A model generated the notes under the pieces. It was not told the DNA's origin, made no database searches, and worked only from the letters and a program-made list of their open reading frames with translations. A DNA stretch of 47,294 nt from contig JBMYNR010000010.1 of NCBI GenBank assembly GCA_049598495.1, positions 1-47,294 on the forward strand, in the 5' to 3' direction. The DNA is from Opitutales bacterium. GTDB lineage: Bacteria; Verrucomicrobiota; Verrucomicrobiia; Opitutales; Coraliomargaritaceae. The translations under genes and the position numbers were made by a program. Below, piece after piece: positions 1 through 10,116 of the stretch (positions are counted from its first letter, which is position 1; each line of letters starts with the position of its first letter).

Positions 1-39
1 CGCTGCTCACAAAACGGCTCTCACCAGTGGTTCTAACTA

Positions 40-198
40 AATGCAACATGCTCTAAACTAGGGATGTAGCCGCCTCACCAAGTCTCGGCGTAGCTCTCAG
101 AGCGAAGACGGATCTGTTGAGGCGTTCCTGCATGCTGACACGGCAACGGAGTGCCGTGGCTACAGCTCATCCAAGTCTCGTTTAATGCAATTGCTCTA
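40..198. repeat. Composite REP/REPIN-like palindromic element downstream of purH
   Basis: Inverted ends TGTAGCC (65-71) / GGCTACA (158-164). Inner stems CGCCTCA (71-77) / TGAGGCG (118-124) and CACGGCA (139-145) / TGCCGTG (152-158). GCGTAGCTCTCAGAGCGAAG (88-107) nearly matches the unit at 20412-20650. Flanked by AATGCAA(CA/T)TGCTCTA at 40-55 and 184-198. Confidence 0.7.
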
Positions 199-1746
199 GT
201 GCTTAAAGTGGCGCTTGCCGGTAAAGACCATGACCATGTCGCGCTCATCAGCAGCGGCGATCACTTCTTCATCACGGACGGAGCCACCGGGTTGAATGGC
301 AGCCACCGCACCCGCTTCTGCGGCGGCGATGAGGCCGTCGGCAAAGGGGAAGAAAGCATCTGAGGCAACGATGGACCCCTCCAGAGGCAGACCCGCCTCG
401 CCCGCTTTCCAGACGGCGATTTTCGAGCTATCGACACGGGACATTTGTCCCGCGCCCACTCCGAGGGTGCGTTCGCAACCTGCATAAACAATTGCGTTGG
501 ATTTCACATGCTTGACCACGTTCCATCCGAAGATCATTGCGCGCATCTCTGCTTCAGTCGGCTGCCGCTTTGAAACAATGGTCCACTCGCTCGGGCGATC
601 CGGCATCGTGTCACGGTCCTGCAAGAGCAGGCCGCCAACAACGGAGCGAACCTCCTGCAGTGAATCAGCCGGAAGACTATCTTTAACCGTCATGAGGCGA
701 AGGTTCTTCTTCTTGGCGAAGATCTCAAGGGCCGCATCGGTAAACGAAGGCGCAATGATCACCTCGCAGAAAATCTTGCTGATAATCTCCGCGAGATCGG
801 CATCCATCGTCTGGTTGACCACGATGATGCCACCAAAGGGTGCCTGTTTGTCTGTTTCGAAGGCTTGTTCCCATGCCTCAACAAGTGTCTCTGCAGAAGC
901 CACGCCACAAGGGTTCGTGTGTTTCAGAATCGCCACCGTCGGCTTTTGGAATTCACCGATCAAATAGGTCGCTGCAGTAATATCGATGATGTTGTTAAAG
1001 CTCAGTTCCTTACCCTGGAGCTGCTCGAAGCAATCAAAGAAGCTACCGTAGAGGGCCGCTTTCTGGTGCGGGTTTTCACCATAGCGTAGGCTTTGCACCT
1101 GCGGCATCTGAATATCCAGCTGGTTGGGAATACCGGAGATATCAGCAAAGTTTGGTTCCTCAGCGAGCTCCGCTTCGAGATAGGCCGAGATCGCGCCATC
1201 ATATGCAGATGTGCGCTGAAACACCTTCAATGCGAGTTCCCGGCGAAGCTTCGCCAGCGCGGCTTCATCATCCATTGCCGCCAACACACGATCATAGTCA
1301 TCCGCATCGACCACAACGGAGACCGATGCATGATTCTTGGCCGCAGAGCGCAGCATGGAAGGCCCCCCGATATCAATATTCTCGATCGCCAGTTCAAAGC
1401 TCACATTCGGTTTCGCGACGGTTTCCTCAAACGGATAGAGATTCACGACGACCAAATCGATCATATCGATCCCATGCTCGGCCGCAGCTGCCATATGATC
1501 CTGCTTATCGCGGCGGGCAAGCAAGCCACCGTGAATTTTCGGGTGGAGGGTCTTGACCCGCCCCTCCATCATCTCAGGAAAACCAGTATAATCACTCACC
1601 TCGGTCACAGTAATACCCTCTTTCTCGAGGAGTTTTGCGGTGCCGCCAGTGGATAGGAGGCGATAACCATGCTGCTCGACCAGAGCCTTGGCAAAGGGCA
1701 CGAGGCCGGATTTATCGCTTACGGAGAGAAGGGCTGTTTTTTGCAT
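196..1746 (-). CDS. purH: Bifunctional AICAR transformylase / IMP cyclohydrolase
   Basis: [57 protein letters not shown] and RHFKH motifs. Start moved to ATG 1746 (MQKTALL) because the longer ORF overlaps the divergent gene. Confidence 0.97.
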   Translation of the reverse strand: MQKTALLSVSDKSGLVPFAKALVEQHGYRLLSTGGTAKLLEKEGITVTEVSDYTGFPEMMEGRVKTLHPKIHGGLLARRDKQDHMAAAAEHGIDMIDLVVVNLYPFEETVAKPNVSFELAIENIDIGGPSMLRSAAKNHASVSVVVDADDYDRVLAAMDDEAALAKLRRELALKVFQRTSAYDGAISAYLEAELAEEPNFADISGIPNQLDIQMPQVQSLRYGENPHQKAALYGSFFDCFEQLQGKELSFNNIIDITAATYLIGEFQKPTVAILKHTNPCGVASAETLVEAWEQAFETDKQAPFGGIIVVNQTMDADLAEIISKIFCEVIIAPSFTDAALEIFAKKKNLRLMTVKDSLPADSLQEVRSVVGGLLLQDRDTMPDRPSEWTIVSKRQPTEAEMRAMIFGWNVVKHVKSNAIVYAGCERTLGVGAGQMSRVDSSKIAVWKAGEAGLPLEGSIVASDAFFPFADGLIAAAEAGAVAAIQPGGSVRDEEVIAAADERDMVMVFTGKRHFKH

Positions 1747-1833
1747 AGTAAAAAGATGAAGACGGGGATTAAACCTGCTACGAAAGCAAGGCCAAGTCTT
1801 GATTTGGCGCCCACGTGATTTATCGTCCCCGAG

Positions 1834-2334
1834 ATGAGTTATTCGACCATTTCCGCCCGGCAAATTCCCACCCTTCTCGAATCGGGGGCCCGCGTCATCG
1901 ATGTGCGCACAGCTGCAGAGTTCCGGAGCGCCCATGTGGCCGGCGCCGAACTGCAACCGCTCGACCAACTGGACCCTACGGCCTTTTCCGGTCGGCCTGT
2001 CTATATTCTATGCCAGAGTGGTAAACGGGCGAGCATGGCGGCCCACAAGTTTACCGAGCACGGGCACAGGCACATTTATGTGATCGAGGGCGGGACCGAT
2101 GCCGCGATCGAGGCGGGCCTCACGATCGTCCGGGGCAAACACACCATCTCCATTGAGCGGCAGGTCCGAATTGCTGCTGGCGCACTTGTCTTGATCGGCA
2201 CCCTGCTCGGACTCTTCGTTCACGGTGGCTTATTTGCGATTCCCGCTTTTATCGGAGCAGGACTGCTCTTTGCCGGCGCCACGGACAGCTGTGGTATGGG
2301 CATGATGCTGTCTAAATGCCCATGGAACCGTTAA
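1834..2334 (+). CDS. Rhodanese-domain protein with C-terminal membrane domain (YgaP/DUF2892-like)
   Basis: [10 protein letters not shown], active-site loop CQSGKRA, then [12 protein letters not shown], two hydrophobic helices and CGM..L...PWN. Confidence 0.88.
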   Translation: MSYSTISARQIPTLLESGARVIDVRTAAEFRSAHVAGAELQPLDQLDPTAFSGRPVYILCQSGKRASMAAHKFTEHGHRHIYVIEGGTDAAIEAGLTIVRGKHTISIERQVRIAAGALVLIGTLLGLFVHGGLFAIPAFIGAGLLFAGATDSCGMGMMLSKCPWNR

Positions 2335-2374
2335 TTGACGGCCGTTTATCTAGGCCCCTGCCATTCCGACCTGC

Positions 2375-2854
2375 TCATTTCTTCATTACCGTCAGTATCG
2401 CAGTCGCATGAATCCCCAAACCGCGGCCGCAATCGTTGAGGCCTTCGCCGGTCGTCGCGGTGATGCAAACATCCTGCTCACCCACGCCAAGCAATCCGGC
2501 GAGTGAGGCACGCAGAGCCGGAACTTTCGGATCGATCTTCGGCCTTAGACACTCCAGTGCCACGGAGAGGTGACTGATCTGCCAGTCGCCCAGGTCTGCA
2601 AGTGCCCGCTTCAGATATTCTTTACTGTCGGTAATACCCTCCCGACACATGGCATCCGCAACCGCCCCGATGACTGTCCGTCCGGTAACGCCACTGATCG
2701 CATCGGTTACCGCATGGAGGACAACATCGGCATCACTGTTTCCGGAAAGAGCCGGTGCATCATCGAAAACAAGGCCGCCCAGCACAAAAGGACGATCCGA
2801 CTCACCTTCGACGAAGCGATGGCTATCCAGACCGACCCCAGTTTTTATGTTCAC
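2375..2854 (-). CDS. ispF: 2-C-methyl-D-erythritol 2,4-cyclodiphosphate synthase
   Basis: G.G.DSHRF, LGG, SDADVVLHAVTDA, PKIDP, ATTGEGL...GRGLGI; GTG start. Confidence 0.92.
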   Translation of the reverse strand: MNIKTGVGLDSHRFVEGESDRPFVLGGLVFDDAPALSGNSDADVVLHAVTDAISGVTGRTVIGAVADAMCREGITDSKEYLKRALADLGDWQISHLSVALECLRPKIDPKVPALRASLAGLLGVGEQDVCITATTGEGLNDCGRGLGIHATAILTVMKK

Positions 2855-2973
2855 TTCGCGAAAGGAGTTAGGAGGAAGAGGCTAGAAACTAGTGAGCTCA
2901 CAATATGCGGATGACGGCTTCCGCCGAGAATCTGCTTCTGAATTGAAACGACTAAATTCTATCTCCTCTCAAA

Positions 2974-3378
2974 TTATAGCTCTGGAAAAAAGCGTTTCTT
3001 CTCTGCAGCAGCCGTCTCGGGCCCATCAGACGCGTGCACCACATTGCGCATCATGTCGGTGCCCAAATCCCCGCGAATCGTGCCTGCAGGGGCTTCTTTG
3101 GAATTGGTCGGTCCGAGAAGTTCGCGTACCTTCGCGATCACGCCTTCACCACGAAGGATCATCGGCATCACCGTGCGACTGCTCATGAAGGCTTCAATCT
3201 CGGGAAAGAAGGGCATGTCAGCCACATGTGCATAGTGCTCGCGCAAAATTGGGCCGTCGAGCTGCATGATCTTCGAGGCAACGATCTCGAACCCGGCATT
3301 TTCAAAACGAGAGATAACTTCGCCCGCTATGCGCTTGTCCATGCAGTCGGGCTTGAGGATGATAAGTGTTTCTTCCAT
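2974..3378 (-). CDS. ndk: Nucleoside diphosphate kinase
   Basis: ETLIILKPD, GPTNS..APAGTIRGD, NVVHASD (phospho-His). Confidence 0.97.
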   Translation of the reverse strand: MEETLIILKPDCMDKRIAGEVISRFENAGFEIVASKIMQLDGPILREHYAHVADMPFFPEIEAFMSSRTVMPMILRGEGVIAKVRELLGPTNSKEAPAGTIRGDLGTDMMRNVVHASDGPETAAAEKKRFFPEL

Positions 3379-3481
3379 AAGGTTTTAAACAGAGTGCAAA
3401 GGGATGCCCTAGTCCTCAGAGGATGACAAGCCAAAATCAGTCGACCCTGTAGGCGATCAAGCAGCCGATGATTCCAATTAC

Positions 3482-4003
3482 CTAGAAACCAAAGCGTAGG
3501 ATCAAATGGAGGCAAAAGCAGGATGCGATCCCCGCTGCGAGATCATCGGCCACACAGCCCAACCCACCCGGTAGATTTTGCAGACGGGTGATACCAAATG
3601 GTTTGAGGATATCGAAGAGTCGGAAGAAAAGAAAGCCCCCTAGCAGCACAGGCCAACCGCCATGCTGGGCGATAAGGCCGTCGTGCCCGCCCATGCCGAT
3701 GAAGACCAGCGGCACAGCCACCACTTCATCGAGCACAATCATGCCCGGGTCACGCATCTGCAGGCGCTTTTCCGCCGCATCACAGATCGCAATGGACAGG
3801 TAGGCTGCAAGCACTGCGAGAATGATAAAACCAATCGGCGTAGCGTAATGAAAGAAGACCGAATACACCCCGAGACCGGCGACGCTCCCCCAGGTGCCCG
3901 GCGCCTTTTTCATCCGCCCGATTGGACCAAAGGTTGCCAAATTGACAACCAACGGTGTGGGCAAGGCGCGTGTCCAGAAAATGTAGCGATCGATGGACTT
4001 CAC
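3482..4003 (-). CDS. pgpA: Phosphatidylglycerophosphatase A
   Basis: [35 protein letters not shown]; overlaps the pgsA stop by 4 nt. Confidence 0.93.
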   Translation of the reverse strand: MKSIDRYIFWTRALPTPLVVNLATFGPIGRMKKAPGTWGSVAGLGVYSVFFHYATPIGFIILAVLAAYLSIAICDAAEKRLQMRDPGMIVLDEVVAVPLVFIGMGGHDGLIAQHGGWPVLLGGFLFFRLFDILKPFGITRLQNLPGGLGCVADDLAAGIASCFCLHLILRFGF

Positions 4004-4596
4004 ACATCCCCCTCATCTTGACCAATAAAGATCGACCAGTATTTGACCATATACTGGGTCCCTGAAGAGACGGTCAACAAGGTCGCGATACAGAAGAATA
4101 TCAGGCCACCCAAGTGGAGCATCTCCCCAACTACCGTTGGCAGAAAATTCGGAAAGTCAGCCTGAACGGCCACCCCGAGAAGGAGCAGCACCGCCGAAAC
4201 AATTTGGGAAACCGTCTTGTGCTTACCCGATTTTTCTGCCGCCAGAACAATCCCCGAGCTCGCTGCCACCAGTCGCAAACCGGTAATCAAGAACTCGCGG
4301 CTAAGAATCAGGAGCAGCAGCGGCAGCGTCCACGCAGGAAGGACGCCCTTTGCCAGCAGGGCGATGAACAAACCCACCATAAAGACCTTATCGGTCAGTG
4401 CGTCCATGAGTTTCCCGAAACTGGAGACCAAGCCCTGCTTGCGCGCGTAATATCCGTCAGCCCAATCAGTGAGCGCCCCAATCACAAACAGCACGAAGGC
4501 CGCGCTACTTGCACCGACAACCGGTAAATACAGGAAGCCGACGATACCAAAGAGGATTGGTATGCGCGAAAGCGTTAGTAAATTCGGTAGATTCAC
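4000..4596 (-). CDS. pgsA: CDP-diacylglycerol--glycerol-3-phosphate 3-phosphatidyltransferase
   Basis: [13 protein letters not shown]-alcohol motif [10 protein letters not shown]...[25 protein letters not shown]. Confidence 0.95.
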   Translation of the reverse strand: MNLPNLLTLSRIPILFGIVGFLYLPVVGASSAAFVLFVIGALTDWADGYYARKQGLVSSFGKLMDALTDKVFMVGLFIALLAKGVLPAWTLPLLLLILSREFLITGLRLVAASSGIVLAAEKSGKHKTVSQIVSAVLLLLGVAVQADFPNFLPTVVGEMLHLGGLIFFCIATLLTVSSGTQYMVKYWSIFIGQDEGDV

Positions 4597-4722
4597 GCTG
4601 CGCAGGCTGTCCCAGATACCCTGTGTCGGCTAGCCAAAAATTAGGAAAGTTGGCATGTGTTTTCGGCCTTGGGTCGAAAGGTTCCAATTGACGCCCTATA
4701 AAGCAGTTCCTTTTCTGCTTCA

Positions 4723-7389
4723 ATGCGTCACGCCGAGCTCGTTGCCAATATTCAGGCCTTAGTCATAAACACCCCCGATCAATCTGAATTCGTTTACGAG
4801 TTTCTGCGCGCCTACGGCACTCCAAATGCCTCCGTAGCGCGGCTGAAATCCGGCCAGATGAATCTCGCCAAGAGCGACGGCGAACTGCTGCTGAAAAAGA
4901 AGCTCTATTTCAAAGCGACTGAGGGTGACCTCTTCGCTGCCTTGGATGCCCTGAAATCCACCAAAGGCACGCGATCCAATGATCCACGCCTGCTCATGGT
5001 CACGGATTTCGATCAAATTCTGGCTTGGGACCGCAAGCTGGAAGACTCGCTCGATTGCAAGCTGGCCGAACTTGATAGCCACATCGATTTCTTTTACCCG
5101 CTTGCGGGCATGGAGAAGCAAAAGTTCTCCAACGAGAGCGTGGCCGATATCAAGGCCGCCGAGAAGATGGCCAAGCTCTTCGACGCGATCAAGGCGCACA
5201 ATGCCGAGTTCATCGAGCGCAACCCACACGCGATGAACGTCTTCCTCGCGCGCCTGCTCTTCTGCTTCTTTGCGGAAGACACCGGCATCTTCGCGGACAA
5301 CTCCGTGACGAATGCCATCGCCAACGAGACCGCAGCCGACGCCTCCGACCTGCACGACTTCTTCGTCAAACTCTTCGACCTGCTCGACCGCAAACCACGC
5401 GAAGGTCTGCACCAGCCATGGAGCGACTTTCCCTACGTCAATGGCGGCCTCTTCAAGGATCACTACTCGATCCCCGAGTTTTCCATGAAGGCACGGCGCA
5501 TGATGCTCGAGGCGGGCAGCCTCAGCTGGGCCGAGATCAATCCGGACATCTTCGGCTCCATGTTTCAAGCCGTCATCGATCCGGAAGAGCGTCACAACCT
5601 CGGCCAGCACTACACCTCCGTGACCAATATCATGAAGGTCATTGAGCCGCTCTTTCTTAATGACTTTCGCGAAGCACTCGAAAAAGCCTCCGGCCTACAG
5701 CGCGGGAAGGAGGCCGCGCTCCACCGCCTGCTCGACCGCATCTCTAGGGTCAAAATCTTCGACCCCGCCTGCGGCTCGGGCAACTTCCTTATCATCGCCT
5801 ACAAGGAGCTGCGCCGCTTGGAGATGGATATCTTCCGCGAGCTCCAGCGCGAAAGCGGCGAGCTCCCGCTCTCCCGTCTCAATGTGAGTCAGTTCTACGG
5901 CATCGAAATCGCCGACTTCGCCGCCGAGACCGCCGTGCTCGCCCTCTGGCTGGCCGAGCACCAGATGAACCTCGAATCAAAGCAAGTCTTCGGTCAGGCC
6001 CCCGACAACCTGCCCCTCAAAGAAGGCGCTCACATCGTTTGCGACAACGCCTGCCGCATCGACTGGGAAAGCGTCTGCCCGAAAGAAGACGGCGATGAAA
6101 TTTATATCTTGGGGAATCCGCCGTATTTGGGTAAAAGCGAACAGAGTAAGGCGCATAAGGCAGACATGGCACATGTCTTCGCAAGCATCAAAGGCTTCAA
6201 GAACCTAGACTACATTGCCTGCTGGTTTCTGAAGGCCGCGAAATACATAACATCTACTTCAATCAAAGCCGCTTTCGTCACGACCAACTCGATTTCGCAG
6301 GGCGAACAAGTTGCGCTTCTTTGGCCCCATATTTTGACGCGTGATTTAGAAATCGGATTTGCACACCTCTCGTTTAAGTGGACGAATAATGCCAAAGGAA
6401 ATGCAGGTGTCACATGTGCGATCATTGGTCTTAGGAAAATTTCCAACGTAAATAAGTTTATCTTCAAAGATGGTCTATCGAAACAGGTTGATACAATCAA
6501 TCCATACTTGTCTCCGGGGACGAATGTGATTGTGCACCGGCGCTCCAAGCCGATTGCCGACTTACCGGAAATGAGTTATGGAAGTAAACCCGTCGATGGT
6601 GGGCATTTAATTCTTTCCACGTCAGAAAAGGAATCTTTAGAAAACGAATTTCCGACGGCATCTCGTTTCATAAAGCGTTTCATCGGTTCGAGTGAATATA
6701 TTCGAGGCAATGTGAGATATTGCGTTTGGATTGATAACAAAGACTTGAGTATAGCCCTAGAGATACCGCCGATAAAGGCACGCATCGATGCCGTCCAAGA
6801 AATGCGACTAGCCAGCAAGAAAGCTGCGACTCAAGAAGATGCTAATCGCCCACACCAGTTCGGTGAACCTCGTTTTAAAAACTTGGACTCGATTATCGTC
6901 CCTGAGACCAGCTCTGAAAGAAGGGACTATTTGCCTGTGGGTTATATGGATGCAGACACAGTCATTTCAAATTCAGCCTATTGCATCACAAACGCGACCC
7001 CTAGCTCCTTCGGCCTCCTAACCTCCCGCATGCACATGACTTGGGTGCGCGCCGTGGCAGGTCGCTTGGAAGAACGGCTACGCTACTCCGCCGGGCTCTG
7101 CTACAACACCTTCCCCGTCCCGAATCTGAGCGAAGCCCAAAAGCATAACCTGACCGCGCACGTGATGGAGGTCCTGCAGCAGCGGGAGAATCATCCCGAA
7201 AAGACGATGGCCCAGCTCTACGACCCCGACAAGATGCCCGACGGCCTCCGCGCCGCCCACCAAGCCCTCGACCTCGCCGTCGATCAACTCTACCGCAAAC
7301 AAGCCTTCACCTCCGACGAAGAACGCCTCGAACACCTCTTCCAACGCTACGAAGCGATGATTGAACAAGAAAGGAACAAAAAACTATGA
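4723..7389 (+). CDS. MmeI-like / YeeA-family N6-adenine DNA methyltransferase with C-terminal target recognition domain
   Basis: 888 aa. FLARLLFCFFAEDTGIF, FPYVNGGLF, INPDIFGSMFQ, GQHYTS, motif I FDPACGSGNF, motif IV GNPPY, C-terminal RYS...YNTFP and LYDPDKMP..L..AH..LD..VD.LY. No clear PD-(D/E)xK motif seen in the N-terminus. Confidence 0.9.
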   Translation: MRHAELVANIQALVINTPDQSEFVYEFLRAYGTPNASVARLKSGQMNLAKSDGELLLKKKLYFKATEGDLFAALDALKSTKGTRSNDPRLLMVTDFDQILAWDRKLEDSLDCKLAELDSHIDFFYPLAGMEKQKFSNESVADIKAAEKMAKLFDAIKAHNAEFIERNPHAMNVFLARLLFCFFAEDTGIFADNSVTNAIANETAADASDLHDFFVKLFDLLDRKPREGLHQPWSDFPYVNGGLFKDHYSIPEFSMKARRMMLEAGSLSWAEINPDIFGSMFQAVIDPEERHNLGQHYTSVTNIMKVIEPLFLNDFREALEKASGLQRGKEAALHRLLDRISRVKIFDPACGSGNFLIIAYKELRRLEMDIFRELQRESGELPLSRLNVSQFYGIEIADFAAETAVLALWLAEHQMNLESKQVFGQAPDNLPLKEGAHIVCDNACRIDWESVCPKEDGDEIYILGNPPYLGKSEQSKAHKADMAHVFASIKGFKNLDYIACWFLKAAKYITSTSIKAAFVTTNSISQGEQVALLWPHILTRDLEIGFAHLSFKWTNNAKGNAGVTCAIIGLRKISNVNKFIFKDGLSKQVDTINPYLSPGTNVIVHRRSKPIADLPEMSYGSKPVDGGHLILSTSEKESLENEFPTASRFIKRFIGSSEYIRGNVRYCVWIDNKDLSIALEIPPIKARIDAVQEMRLASKKAATQEDANRPHQFGEPRFKNLDSIIVPETSSERRDYLPVGYMDADTVISNSAYCITNATPSSFGLLTSRMHMTWVRAVAGRLEERLRYSAGLCYNTFPVPNLSEAQKHNLTAHVMEVLQQRENHPEKTMAQLYDPDKMPDGLRAAHQALDLAVDQLYRKQAFTSDEERLEHLFQRYEAMIEQERNKKL

Positions 7390-8669
7390 GCCGATGGGAA
7401 GAACAATTTAACAGTCACCCACTGCATCAAACTCTTAAGGATGCAGAATCCTTGATAAGCACTGAAAAAGAGGACGTAACTGAAGACGAAATGCCAGAGA
7501 AGCGGCGGGCAAATAAACTGCTTAATGCATATACCCAGACCCTAGCACAATTAGACCCAGAACTAGTTCCTTTCAACAATCTGGATTCGATCAACAATCA
7601 AATACGTCACGCCAATATCTGGAATCAACTGACAGCCTATAACCAAAACGGAAATGCATCACATTTAAAGAACGCGAATGACCATCTCACTTCGACTCTA
7701 GCGCACCTTGCCCAACTATTATCTATCTCGAAATCCACAGAAGCCACAAACCCGCTTCGAGCACTCGAAAAGAGTTTGGATGAATTCGCTGCGGCGATCT
7801 CTTCAAAAAAGGACTCCCTCCAAGCGGAAATTTCGGGGCACAAAGGTGAACTAACTAAGCAGCAGAAAGAACTAACAAACCTCGCATCACTACTGCAGCA
7901 GAAAAAACAGGAAACTGACCAGATGCTTGCTGAGTGGCAGAAGCAGTTTTCAGAGGCACAGAATACGCGCAATGAGACCTTCTCAAGTGACCAAAAAGGC
8001 AGAACCGCGGAGTTTAACCAGTGGCGCAAAGATACCACGAAAGAAATAAAGGACGCATTCGACAATTTGCTTCAGCAAACTTCCGAGAGGATTTCAAAAA
8101 CTGAGTCTGACTTTGAAGATACTATCAATAATCATCTGGAAGATGCAGATGCAAAGCATAAGCGTATACTCGAACTTTACCAAATAACTGCTGCCGACAG
8201 CGTCGGAGCTGGCTATATCAAGAATGCCGACAATGAAAGGGAACAGGCTAATTTCTGGCGCTGGGCAACCATAACTTTTGTTGGGCTGACGGCAATCTGG
8301 ACTGGAGTTTCTTACTTCTTGGGTCCCCTTTCCGGTGATGAGCCTGGAACCGTTCTCTTGGGTAAAGTCATCAAGGCATTTTCTGTAACCGGTGTCCTTC
8401 TTTTCGGAGCTGTGTATTCAGCAAAACAATCTAATGCTCACCGGAACAACGAGCGGCGTAACCGACGCTTCGCGCTAGAAGTCAAAGCAATCGACCCATT
8501 TATTGCTTCTCTAGATGATGCAGATCAAAAGACCCTCAAGAAAGAGCTCAGTGAACGCTTATTTGGGCATCAAGATGGAGCCTCGGATAACGATAGTAAA
8601 GTTATCGAGGAACATGCGTTTAGCACTGTAGTTAAAGGTCTCATTGATGTTCTAAAAGCCAGCAAATAA
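7386..8669 (+). CDS. Hypothetical protein: long coiled-coil with two C-terminal transmembrane helices
   Basis: 427-aa ORF with ATGA overlap to the methylase stop. E/Q/K-rich helical region; hydrophobic segments WATITFVGLTAIWTGVSYF and VIKAFSVTGVLLFGAVYSA. Confidence 0.8.
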   Translation: MSRWEEQFNSHPLHQTLKDAESLISTEKEDVTEDEMPEKRRANKLLNAYTQTLAQLDPELVPFNNLDSINNQIRHANIWNQLTAYNQNGNASHLKNANDHLTSTLAHLAQLLSISKSTEATNPLRALEKSLDEFAAAISSKKDSLQAEISGHKGELTKQQKELTNLASLLQQKKQETDQMLAEWQKQFSEAQNTRNETFSSDQKGRTAEFNQWRKDTTKEIKDAFDNLLQQTSERISKTESDFEDTINNHLEDADAKHKRILELYQITAADSVGAGYIKNADNEREQANFWRWATITFVGLTAIWTGVSYFLGPLSGDEPGTVLLGKVIKAFSVTGVLLFGAVYSAKQSNAHRNNERRNRRFALEVKAIDPFIASLDDADQKTLKKELSERLFGHQDGASDNDSKVIEEHAFSTVVKGLIDVLKASK

Positions 8670-8672
8670 ACC

Positions 8673-8747
8673 ATGACCACCCACCTCCCGATCACCATAC
8701 CCGACATCCTGCACGGCAAGACCGTGGAGTGGGAGCGCATACTTTAA
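8673..8747 (+). pseudogene. 24-codon remnant resembling the N-terminus of Schlafen/AlbA_2-HATPase ('RecG-like') proteins
   Basis: Translates MTTHLPITIPDILHGKTVEWERIL*. Resembles, from memory, the LPINIxDLLHGxTVEWERLEFK family start, cut just before EFK. GC-rich codons compared with the preceding gene. Confidence 0.55.
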
Positions 8748-8750
8748 ACG

Positions 8751-9134
8751 ATGACGCGAGATATGGATTTAATTCGTGACCTCCTGCTATATGCGGAGGA
8801 ACATGATCGTTGGCCGTTGGATGGCTACGACATCGCTGCCGACACGGAAGAAATCGCACTCGATATTGGCGTGAACCTGATAGTGCTGTATCGCCACACG
8901 AAACTCTTGGAAGAAGCTGGCTTTGTCCGGGGCATCGACACGTCGACGCTCCGATCATACGGATGGGAATTTAAGGAAATCACCTGGGCTGGCTATGATT
9001 TCCTCGATGCAACACGGAGTCAGGAAGTCTGGGAGAAGGTTAAAAGCAAAGCTTTGAAAGCAGGCGGTTGGACGTTTTCCCTCCTCGTCGAAATGGGCAA
9101 AGAGGAACTCAAAAGGCGACTGCTCCCAGACTGA
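8751..9134 (+). CDS. DUF2513-family (winged-helix-like) protein
   Basis: M.RDMDLIRDLLL, YRHTKLL.EAGFV, ITWAGYDFLDATRSQEVWEKVK. Confidence 0.85.
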   Translation: MTRDMDLIRDLLLYAEEHDRWPLDGYDIAADTEEIALDIGVNLIVLYRHTKLLEEAGFVRGIDTSTLRSYGWEFKEITWAGYDFLDATRSQEVWEKVKSKALKAGGWTFSLLVEMGKEELKRRLLPD

Positions 9135-9201
9135 TCCTGATTAAGCTTGTCCCACTCGGTTTCCGCTTTCTCTTTGTCCAGCCTTCCATATACATAAATC
9201 A

Positions 9202-10116
9202 ATGAACACTGCCCCAAAGCCTAAAGCACCCACCTACATGCGTCAGCGGCTACTGCTTTTCTTTCTCGAAGCGGCAGATAGCACCCTGTCCAAGATGGAC
9301 TTACAGAAGCTGCTTTTTCTCTATCATCATGATGCAGATGCGGAGCATTATGCCTTTGTGCCCTTCCGTTTTGGTAGCTATTCCTTTTTGGCCTCCGATG
9401 ATTTAGATTTGATGGAAAAACGCGGCTGGGTGCAGGCAGAGGGCAAGCAGTTGGCGTTGGCGCAGGAAATCGACCGGGAGTCCTGGGCTAGAAGCAGCGA
9501 TGAACGCCGACAGGTCAAACGCTGGCTCTTTCGAAATCCGGAGCGTGGAGATGCGCTCATTGCAAAGGCTTATCGACGCTTTCCCTACTACGCTCTAAAA
9601 AGTGAAATGAAGGAGCGTGTGCTGACGAACGAGGAGTTAGAATCAGTCGATGAGCTATTGTCGGATCTGCAGCGCAAGAAGGAGCTTACTGTTTTTACCC
9701 TTGGCTACGAAGGAATACACTTTGAGACCTACTTGAATAAGCTTATCCGAAATCATGTGTCGATTCTCTGTGATGTGAGAAGGAATCCGCTAAGCCGCAA
9801 ATTCGGATTCTCCTCGAAAATGCTAGCGAGCGTCCTTCCAAAGCTGGGAATCGAATACGTGCATTTGCCGGAATTGGGAATCGCATCTGAGAAACGGCAG
9901 GAACTTAATTCGATGGCGGACTATGAGCGTTTATTTGACGGTTTCCGTAAAGAACTGCCGGGGCGCGTCGAAGGGCTAAACCGTCTAAAGTCGATTATTG
10001 AGCAAAAGAAGCGAGTGGCTCTCACTTGCTTCGAAGCCGAGCCTCATTGCTGCCATCGGCACTGCATTAGTGATTTACTCGAAGAGCAGATGGGCTACAC
10101 AGTAACGCATCTATGA
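9202..10116 (+). CDS. Fusion of an N-terminal wHTH (DUF4065/YwgA-like) domain and a C-terminal DUF488 domain
   Basis: N-terminus LQKLLFL...FVPFRFGSYS...DL..M...GWV. C-terminus FTLGYEG, DVRRNPLSRKFGFS, YVHLPELG and CFEAEPHCCHR (C-x-E-x5-CHR, 10027-10059). Confidence 0.82.
   Translation: MNTAPKPKAPTYMRQRLLLFFLEAADSTLSKMDLQKLLFLYHHDADAEHYAFVPFRFGSYSFLASDDLDLMEKRGWVQAEGKQLALAQEIDRESWARSSDERRQVKRWLFRNPERGDALIAKAYRRFPYYALKSEMKERVLTNEELESVDELLSDLQRKKELTVFTLGYEGIHFETYLNKLIRNHVSILCDVRRNPLSRKFGFSSKMLASVLPKLGIEYVHLPELGIASEKRQELNSMADYERLFDGFRKELPGRVEGLNRLKSIIEQKKRVALTCFEAEPHCCHRHCISDLLEEQMGYTVTHL

Noticed and set aside
1747..1968. N-terminal extensions in the ORF track for purH (likewise rnhC, manC, glnS, galK, ketosynthase, phosphatase, cysI)
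   Set aside because: The extensions overlap neighbours or lack family similarity; downstream ATGs match the family N-termini
4759..5610. 283-aa antisense ORF inside the methylase, and similar long antisense ORFs in katG, dus and glnS
   Set aside because: Shadow frames expected from GC-rich codon bias; no recognisable motifs, and they lie fully within well-supported genes
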